IMG/VR virus record: IMGVR_UViG_3300017780_006957 | Span: 1 to 64,000 of that record | Length of the DNA: 64,000 bases | DNA from: a virus | Reading direction: 5' to 3' (one strand) | Shown: positions 57,266-64,000 of the stretch, one piece after another | How positions within the stretch are numbered: the stretch's first letter is position 1 | Layout of the letters: each line of letters begins with the position of its first letter | The notes under the pieces: model-generated | Databases searched by the model: none | Seen by the model: the letters and a program-made list of their open reading frames with translations, nothing else | Told to the model about the DNA's origin: nothing | Translations under genes and position numbers: made by a program

Positions 57266-57625
57266 TTAGTTAAAATCTTCTGATTGAACCTCATCCTCGT
57301 ATACAGGCAACAACGCTTGCATTTCTTCTGTAGTCAATTCTTGAACATCTGGGAATAATCCCTGATTAAAAACATCAACTAATTTTAACGACCAAAGGGC
57401 TGTGTAAGCTTTTCTTCCATCAGTAAGATCTGTAAGAGAAGCTGTTTCTGGGAATCTTAAAGCTCTAAGAGTTGTATGTTCACTATCATCCCAACCACAA
57501 GCAATAGTTTTGACTGTTAATAGTCCATCAGTTGCATCTTCTCCAAATTGTTCATTGAGAAGTGGAAGTTGTTCTACTAGTGCTTCTGGAAAAGCAAATG
57601 TTTTAAATTCTGTTGAGAAGTTCAT
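57266..57625 (-). CDS. Hypothetical protein (possible fibre-associated chaperone)
   Basis: Acidic, 119 aa, directly after the paralog array. Confidence 0.45.
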   Translation of the reverse strand: MNFSTEFKTFAFPEALVEQLPLLNEQFGEDATDGLLTVKTIACGWDDSEHTTLRALRFPETASLTDLTDGRKAYTALWSLKLVDVFNQGLFPDVQELTTEEMQALLPVYEDEVQSEDFN

Positions 57626-57654
57626 ATGTTATTTTAGTTTATTAATTGTATATT

Positions 57655-58509
57655 TCAATATGGCATATTCAGCCCTGAGCCTATAGTTTGTCTGAATAGT
57701 TGTTTAAATAAGTTTGAGATATTTAATCCTAAAGCCCTTTGGAATACTACAGCGAATGCTCCTGTATCGGCTCTAGTTGCTGATGTTCCATATGTATTGA
57801 ATAAGAAACTATTTGTGCCTGTTGCAAGATATGGTAATACACCTATACCTTCTTGAGTATTACCCGTGGAGTTATTTTGCTGAACAAAATAGTTTCCATT
57901 AACAGGGTCATATATATTATTAGTTTGACCAAAATAATAATTATAACCTGACGGTGTTGGACCTGGTGTTATTCTTGCATATTTTTGAGCAAAAGATGGG
58001 GTAAGAGCGCTACTTCTCATAAGTGTTTGTCCATTGGGTTGAAATATTGACAAAGCTAACTTGGCTGTAGCATCATTCGTCGTACCACTATTATCTAATG
58101 TAACTAATAAAGTAAATGGAAGTATATTTGTTGATCTAAAAACTCCACATAGAGAAGCTTGAGTCCATCCAGTTGTTCTCACAGGAATATCTATTCTTTT
58201 ATAGTTTACTACTTGATCAAAGAATATACCAGACCCATCGCTATTCCATACAGGGCTATTTGTCATAGTACCATTATAAGTGCCTAATCCACCTAGACTA
58301 TAAACAGTAGATCCAGTACCAGCATTATGAATACTTCTCATTGGCCAACAAACCATAGAATTCCATAATCCTAGTTTCTTTGTTCCTATTACAAATTTAT
58401 TAATTTGTTTTAAGTTTTCGGGCAATATAGTTTTACCACTACCCACTTTAACTCTAGTAGCAAAAGCAATAGTGTCTTTATCTAATCCAAATGTTCTTGT
58501 TCTTGGCAT
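57655..58509 (-). CDS. Receptor-binding-like virion protein, paralog 5
   Basis: Shared KKLGLW.MVCWPMR..NAG.GS.VYSLGG N-part and TIG.GL.P C-end. Confidence 0.55.
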   Translation of the reverse strand: MPRTRTFGLDKDTIAFATRVKVGSGKTILPENLKQINKFVIGTKKLGLWNSMVCWPMRSIHNAGTGSTVYSLGGLGTYNGTMTNSPVWNSDGSGIFFDQVVNYKRIDIPVRTTGWTQASLCGVFRSTNILPFTLLVTLDNSGTTNDATAKLALSIFQPNGQTLMRSSALTPSFAQKYARITPGPTPSGYNYYFGQTNNIYDPVNGNYFVQQNNSTGNTQEGIGVLPYLATGTNSFLFNTYGTSATRADTGAFAVVFQRALGLNISNLFKQLFRQTIGSGLNMPY

Positions 58510-58510
58510 A

Positions 58511-59326
58511 TTATGGTAATCCTAATGTTTTTCCGATTGTTGCTTTACATAGATTATAAAAACTTAATTGAGTGCTATCGTCAAGTGCTTTATCAAAGTC
58601 AGCCGCTAAAGACATTGTTCCATTAAGTCCTCTATCGTTCAAACCACCTCCTTGCATTGCCATGCATCTAATGTTATTTGTGTCTGCAATCGGAAAGGCT
58701 ACTCTCGTTGTCGTATTCTTGGAGGCTCCATTTCTGAAGGAATATGCTTGATTAAAATTTAATGCACTGGAAAGACAAACTCTTTGATTATTGTTGACGG
58801 TTTGGCTTAAAGTTGTTCTATTTAAAGAAACTCCCCACTGGAAAAGATTTGAAAAGAAAAATCCTTCCCCTGATGGGGATGCAAACCCAAGATTATAATT
58901 AGATGTTAATAGATAAACTTCCTCTAATGTGAGCGCATTTCGAATAAAAATGGATATTATATTTCTTGTAAAATAATTTGTTTTTTTGGTGTTTAAGAGT
59001 TGAATATAAGGTGGGGGATTTCCTAGACCAGTAGATCTAATACCATCAATTTCCCATACTATGTTGCCAACAGCTATGCCCATTTTTGTTGAATCAAGAA
59101 GACTGCATACGCTTTGTCCTGCGCCCACATTATATCTATTACTCATCAACCATATTTCTCCACTACCCCATATCCCCAAATCTTTTAATCCAATAATAAA
59201 ATTATCAATATCAACAGCATCAGCATTAGTTATCTTATCTAGACCATTTAATTGTCTATAAGTATTAACTCTATTGAGATAACGTTTAGTATCTATGTCG
59301 AAAGTGTATTTTCGTGTAGTAGGCAT
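58511..59326 (-). CDS. Receptor-binding-like virion protein, paralog 4
   Basis: IDNFIIGLKDLGIW...KATIGKTLGLP. Confidence 0.55.
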   Translation of the reverse strand: MPTTRKYTFDIDTKRYLNRVNTYRQLNGLDKITNADAVDIDNFIIGLKDLGIWGSGEIWLMSNRYNVGAGQSVCSLLDSTKMGIAVGNIVWEIDGIRSTGLGNPPPYIQLLNTKKTNYFTRNIISIFIRNALTLEEVYLLTSNYNLGFASPSGEGFFFSNLFQWGVSLNRTTLSQTVNNNQRVCLSSALNFNQAYSFRNGASKNTTTRVAFPIADTNNIRCMAMQGGGLNDRGLNGTMSLAADFDKALDDSTQLSFYNLCKATIGKTLGLP

Positions 59327-59327
59327 A

Positions 59328-60179
59328 TTAAGGTAATCCTAAGTTTTTGCCGATTGTTGTTTTTATTAAAGCGTATACATTTAAATATTCGGCAGGTGAT
59401 ATATATCTATTTGCTATCATCATTAAAGCCATCGCACCTTGAAAGTAATCTCCCGAACCTGTTTGACCATTTCTAGCTCCGATACCCATAGTATTAAATG
59501 TAGCATTACTAAAGAAACTCAATGCTTTAGTACCAGCGTTTGTAGTTGTGTTAATAGAAGCAGCTAGCCCTGTGGTTAAGCTTTCACCAAAGGATACATA
59601 ATTAACATGCATTGCTGCTGTGTTGTAAGGTGAATAAAATCTAGATCCTGCACTTGTACCATCAGAAGGTGATGAACCAAAGGTTACAAAAAGACCACCG
59701 ACGTTAATGCCAACATACGAATGAGATTGTACATTTATACGAAATCCTCTTGTAGTAGCAGTGACTCCATCATTAGCTAGTAATGCTCTAGCTGCTGTAG
59801 TGTAATCTGGTTGATGTAAACATATCATACTAAACCCAGCAACAACAGGACTATTTAAAAAATTAGGTATTCTTATATACTGTGAATTAGCGGCAGTAAA
59901 ATTAATACCAGATGATCCCCACGAAGGACCGTTTATCATAACACCATCAAACTTTCCTATGCCTCCAAATGATAATATGTTAGCTCCAGAACCCAAGTTA
60001 TGCTGGCTTCTAAAAGGATAAACAATAATGTTTTGTAGTAAATTTAATTGTTTTAATCCCGCTATGAAATTATCTATGTCTGCGATATCAGACAAATTTA
60101 ATTCTCTACCATAAGAATATAATCTTCTTAGATATTGTCTTGTCTCAGTTTGGAGACCATATGATTTAGAATTTACCAT
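59328..60179 (-). CDS. Receptor-binding-like virion protein, paralog 3
   Basis: IDNFIAGLKQLNL...KTTIGKNLGLP. Confidence 0.55.
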   Translation of the reverse strand: MVNSKSYGLQTETRQYLRRLYSYGRELNLSDIADIDNFIAGLKQLNLLQNIIVYPFRSQHNLGSGANILSFGGIGKFDGVMINGPSWGSSGINFTAANSQYIRIPNFLNSPVVAGFSMICLHQPDYTTAARALLANDGVTATTRGFRINVQSHSYVGINVGGLFVTFGSSPSDGTSAGSRFYSPYNTAAMHVNYVSFGESLTTGLAASINTTTNAGTKALSFFSNATFNTMGIGARNGQTGSGDYFQGAMALMMIANRYISPAEYLNVYALIKTTIGKNLGLP

Positions 60180-61009
60180 TATAAAATTTCTTCTATTATT
60201 CCTGTTGTAACAGTAGGCTTATTCTTAGCTATTAGAGTATTTGTGCCGTATAAATCTCTACCATCTGATGTGCCTGATCTTTCATTCAATGGCCAATATG
60301 AAACTAGACCATTTACTAGTGATGGTGTGTAATATATAGCTTCTAAAAATGATCTACCACTACCTGAATTATATAACGATGTTCTCTCTGCCGCTGTTAA
60401 TACTCTTGACCATTGCCAAATTCTTGCTGCTTGACCATTTAATGACACATCAACAGGATTCCAAGCGGCAGCTATTCTTAAATCTCCAACATTAGAAGTG
60501 AACCCTCCAGCTAAAACAGCAGATACTATAGCTCCATCATCAACTTGAATATAATAAGAAGATCCATCATACCAACCATTGACTAATTGCCAATTATTTG
60601 ATGGTGCTATATTACTAGATATATTTGTTGTGCCATATTTAGCAAAATAGATATATGTTCCAAAATATAATGCTGGCCCTCCTTGACCCTTGCCTATTAT
60701 AGTTCCATTATTTGACCCTTTAAACCAAGCAACAAAAGTAAAAGGTGAAGTTGTAAAGTTAATGGTAGAATTGGTTGGACAACTCATATGTTGAGATGCA
60801 GCTCCTCCTGTGCTTCCTGAACCACCAGCAAAACTTCTAGTTGTTGTACTAGTAGAATTTGGTAATGATAAATTATTTGTTTTCCTGAGAATAAAATAAT
60901 CATTAACTGCTTTTACTCCAGCAGTATTAAGAGAAAATCCACTATTACCTTCCATTCTCTTAAGGAAGGCTTTTGTTTCTTTTTCTAAATTGTAATATCT
61001 TTTTGCCAT
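60179..61009 (-). CDS. Virion protein with a LamG/ConA-like domain, paralog 2
   Basis: Shared N-terminal helix; FTFVAWFK, WSRVLTAAE...LYN, LVSYWPLNE. Confidence 0.65.
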   Translation of the reverse strand: MAKRYYNLEKETKAFLKRMEGNSGFSLNTAGVKAVNDYFILRKTNNLSLPNSTSTTTRSFAGGSGSTGGAASQHMSCPTNSTINFTTSPFTFVAWFKGSNNGTIIGKGQGGPALYFGTYIYFAKYGTTNISSNIAPSNNWQLVNGWYDGSSYYIQVDDGAIVSAVLAGGFTSNVGDLRIAAAWNPVDVSLNGQAARIWQWSRVLTAAERTSLYNSGSGRSFLEAIYYTPSLVNGLVSYWPLNERSGTSDGRDLYGTNTLIAKNKPTVTTGIIEEIL

Positions 61010-61010
61010 A

Positions 61011-61904
61011 TTATGGTAATCCTAAGCCGTTTCCGAGGGTGTTTTTATAGAGATCTGTAAACTGAATGCCTTGATCGTAAATATCTATGTTAGCGTGTAA
61101 TAAAAATGGAAGATTCCATGTTTGATTGTTAGTGCTGGTATACGTATATCTAAAATCAACTGTTGTTACTCCTCCATTCCAATCGAAGCTTGCATTGGAC
61201 GCAGATTTAGGCGTTTTGTTATAATATCCTCTTGCTGAGGATATTGAATTAACCGACATGATTACACTCTTGAATGTCGAGCTTGTGAAAGAGCCGAAGT
61301 TTAATTGCTGCGTTCTCCATGCCAAATATTCTCTATTGCCTCCTGGTAGGTAAAAAAGTTTACCATTAAACATGCTATGCCCTACTACACTATTTGATGT
61401 ATATCCAGAAGTATTAGAGTTATCAACTGTCACCATAGCACATGGAACATTTGACAATTTTAAAGACGGTACATTCAAATAACTATTATTAACTGACCAA
61501 AAAATTCCTAAACTACTCCAACTAACAGCATTAACAAGCGTTCCGTTATGAACACCTAACCCACCTAAACTATACACTGTTGATCCAGCTCCAGCATTCT
61601 GATAATTTCTCATTGGCCAACAAACCATATTCTGCCAAAGACCCAATGTCTTCATTCCTCTAGTAAACCAAAGCACTTCACATCTCCCCAAAGGATCTGT
61701 GACTCCTGCTCTACTGAGATATGCATCACCATCTACATCATTAAAGCCTAAGCTAAGCCTAGACCAATCACCAGACTTCTTTAGACTTTCTACTCTATCA
61801 TTAATGGCTTTTATTGCAGAAGAAGACACAACGATACCTTGTTCGCTCTGTAAGCGATTTATATAGGATTTTACTTCGTTTTGTATTCCGTAGAATTTCA
61901 TCAA
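61011..61904 (-). CDS. Receptor-binding-like virion protein, paralog 1
   Basis: Duplicated N-module; GMKTLGLWQNMVCWPMR...LYKNTLGNGLGLP. Confidence 0.55.
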   Translation of the reverse strand: MMKFYGIQNEVKSYINRLQSEQGIVVSSSAIKAINDRVESLKKSGDWSRLSLGFNDVDGDAYLSRAGVTDPLGRCEVLWFTRGMKTLGLWQNMVCWPMRNYQNAGAGSTVYSLGGLGVHNGTLVNAVSWSSLGIFWSVNNSYLNVPSLKLSNVPCAMVTVDNSNTSGYTSNSVVGHSMFNGKLFYLPGGNREYLAWRTQQLNFGSFTSSTFKSVIMSVNSISSARGYYNKTPKSASNASFDWNGGVTTVDFRYTYTSTNNQTWNLPFLLHANIDIYDQGIQFTDLYKNTLGNGLGLP

Positions 61905-62728
61905 ACTCCCTCCCAGAAAATATAACGACCAGTTGATCCAGATATGGTATTTACGGAGACATCTCCTTTGTATCTGTCATCAAAGAATTTTTCTCCTCTA
62001 GCGTCGAATTCAGCTGTTCCAGGATATAACATAAAATTAAATGAACTAGTATTACAGCCTAAACCATATTTCACATACAACGGAACTGTCCCGAAATTTT
62101 GCCCAACTAAAGTAATTCTATTGGAATTACCAGATACCACTTGAGTGCCGACTCCAGATGAAGAAGTTCCACTAATTAACCCAGTAATATAATTTGACAC
62201 AGATCCATATCCAATATCAAAATTAGTAACACTATCAATATCTTTATCCAAATCGGCCTGATATGCTAATGCTCCGCCATTATCTTTGTCGAAGTTGAAT
62301 GATACAGCATCATTGCGGCCATAATTTGGATAGAATCCACTGCCCATATCTACTGCTCTTCCTCCAACATTTTGAATTTCAATAGGAACTACTGCGGAAT
62401 ATAAACCAGTAGATGTTCCTGATCCAGTAAGATAACCAGTAAGATAACCAGATGCTAAGTCTACTCTTTCGTTTGGAGCGTCATAGAAAATCTGAAGGCG
62501 ATTTGTATCTGCCATCACTCCGCTCGTAGTATAATTTAATTTTAAAGAATTATTTCCTACGCCTGTAATGTATCCACCAGCAGTTGGATCTGCAAAATTA
62601 TAAATAATTTTATTTTGAGTAACATTGGTAACTAAAAGAAAATTCTCTAAAACTAATCCAGAATATTGGGTAAGCTGAACTATTCCTGAGTTTGAATTAA
62701 AATTATAACCTGTAATTAATTTTTTCAT
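61901..62728 (-). CDS. Virion structural protein
   Basis: LLVTNVT...IIYNFADP...LQIFYD motif; TG/SG-rich. Confidence 0.6.
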   Translation of the reverse strand: MKKLITGYNFNSNSGIVQLTQYSGLVLENFLLVTNVTQNKIIYNFADPTAGGYITGVGNNSLKLNYTTSGVMADTNRLQIFYDAPNERVDLASGYLTGYLTGSGTSTGLYSAVVPIEIQNVGGRAVDMGSGFYPNYGRNDAVSFNFDKDNGGALAYQADLDKDIDSVTNFDIGYGSVSNYITGLISGTSSSGVGTQVVSGNSNRITLVGQNFGTVPLYVKYGLGCNTSSFNFMLYPGTAEFDARGEKFFDDRYKGDVSVNTISGSTGRYIFWEGV

Positions 62729-62734
62729 ATTTTA

Positions 62735-64000
62735 TTATAAAGCTATTGCGTAAGCGATAGATAAAATTTTTGCACTTTCTATCTGTTGATATATATTATA
62801 TACCCCACTTATTGTTAAATTTCCACTAATATTTATGTTACCACTTATGCTTTGGTCGCCAGTTGTATATACAAGATTGTTAATTCCTGTGATAAAGCCG
62901 CTTGGGTTTGAACTAGCATAAAACTGACCAGTTTGAGTGTTTAAAACATAAGAGCCAGTAGAATTAGATAAGCTGGTGATTTGGGTCTGAAGACCCCCAC
63001 TGATACCAGTAACATAAACTTGAGTTGCGTAAGAAGAAAGATCAACCCCAGTGATAAAACCAGAGGGATTTGATGAAGCGTAAAATTGACCAGTTTCTAT
63101 TTTTAAAACATAACTTCCTGTTTGGCTATTTAATGTAGAGATTTGAGTTTGTAATCCGCCACTAATCGTAGCCACCTCTTCTAAAGAAGCAATAGTATCT
63201 AAAGTACTTAAATCACTTGCTCTAGTCGATATTCCAAATTTAAATTTATCGGAATGGTCAAAGCCAATAATTGCGCCCGAATCATTTATTCCAGTTAAAC
63301 CAGATCCAGTAACAAAGAATATGCCGCCATCAACTGCACCACCAGTCAAATTCAGCATTATATAATTACTTGAAACGTTTGTATTGGTTGTATTGATTAT
63401 GGTTTCAACGCCAGTTACATATAGATTATTAATGTAAACATTGTCGTGGAATGTTTTAGTCCCGAGGATTGTTTCTGCGCCAGTTGCATTTACATACCTA
63501 GATTCAGATTCATTTTTTGTATAATAATTACCAGAAAATGATAAATCGACTCCAGTAATATATCCCGAAGGGTTAGTGTTTAGATAATAGGAGCCTGTTT
63601 TATTATTAAGAGCGGTTATTTGATGCTGTAGCCCACCGCTTATTCCTGTAACGTAACCAGTTGGCGCGTATTGGTTTGGATTATTAGATGAATAAAACTG
63701 ACCAGTTTGGCTGTTCGTGATGAAGTTTCCAGTTTCTGATTTTAATGCGTAAGAACCTGTTTGATTATTTAAAACAGTAATTTGCCCTTGTAAATATCCA
63801 CTAACACCAGTTACTTCTGGTTGAGCAGTAATATCACCACTTAATAAAATTCCAGTGCCATTAACTGTTGGGCGAGAATAGAAATTTTTAATTCCAGAAA
63901 TATTTTGATTTCCAAAATCATAAACAATATTATTAATTCCAGTAATAAATCCAGATGGATTTGATGAAGCGTAGAATGCGCCCGTTTCTGAATGAAGAGT
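62735..64000 (-). CDS. Tail-fibre-like repeat protein (partial; start probably beyond the window end)
   Basis: The frame stays open upstream of 63358; repeated TGQFYASSNPSGFITG, SGGLQTQI and TGDQSISG units. Confidence 0.7.
   Translation of the reverse strand, partial: TLHSETGAFYASSNPSGFITGINNIVYDFGNQNISGIKNFYSRPTVNGTGILLSGDITAQPEVTGVSGYLQGQITVLNNQTGSYALKSETGNFITNSQTGQFYSSNNPNQYAPTGYVTGISGGLQHQITALNNKTGSYYLNTNPSGYITGVDLSFSGNYYTKNESESRYVNATGAETILGTKTFHDNVYINNLYVTGVETIINTTNTNVSSNYIMLNLTGGAVDGGIFFVTGSGLTGINDSGAIIGFDHSDKFKFGISTRASDLSTLDTIASLEEVATISGGLQTQISTLNSQTGSYVLKIETGQFYASSNPSGFITGVDLSSYATQVYVTGISGGLQTQITSLSNSTGSYVLNTQTGQFYASSNPSGFITGINNLVYTTGDQSISGNINISGNLTISGVYNIYQQIESAKILSIAYAIAL

Noticed and set aside
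102-62144. Many short antisense or alternate-frame ORFs in the track (e.g. 137-376, 1264-1590, 19807-20274, 24312-25189, 42181-42645)
   Set aside because: Shadow ORFs of well-supported genes on the other strand or in another frame.
1-64000. Stop-codon reassignment
   Set aside because: Long conserved genes are intact in the standard code, TAA, TGA and TAG all end genes, and no suppressor tRNA was seen.

Overview
Part of the genome of a large, AT-rich tailed dsDNA bacteriophage. It uses the standard genetic code, and an Rz/Rz1-like gene pair suggests a Gram-negative host. 1-13045 (- strand): head and packaging module (probable major capsid start, decoration protein, protease-scaffold, portal, TerL), an ERCC4 nuclease, a sigma-like factor, PhoH and a tail-tube-like protein. 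~13190-23430: a visibly more GC-rich array of self-contained early-gene cassettes. Each cassette has a sigma70-type, often leaderless promoter, one to several small and often very acidic ORFs, and a terminator hairpin. Cassettes are separated by 12 copies of a fixed-length 32-bp imperfect palindrome (RAATCTARCRG-N10-CYGYTAGATTY) with helically phased half-sites on each side. This is the main candidate for an undescribed system. 23436-47500: accessory genes (RuvB-like ATPase, sulfotransferase, macrodomain, DenV-like glycosylase, rIIA/rIIB, homing endonucleases) and an iteron-like repeat cluster near 25.6 kb. 47500-53490: RNA island with TilS, several tRNAs (two with long variable arms but UGU and CAU anticodons), a 72-nt tmRNA tRNA-like domain with no mRNA part, and a promoter-driven run of unassigned structured ncRNAs. 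53500-64000: lysis genes, ThyX, Mom-like and MazG-like genes, five tandem paralogous receptor-binding-like proteins and a partial tail fibre. All calls come from reading motifs by eye; no database search was run.
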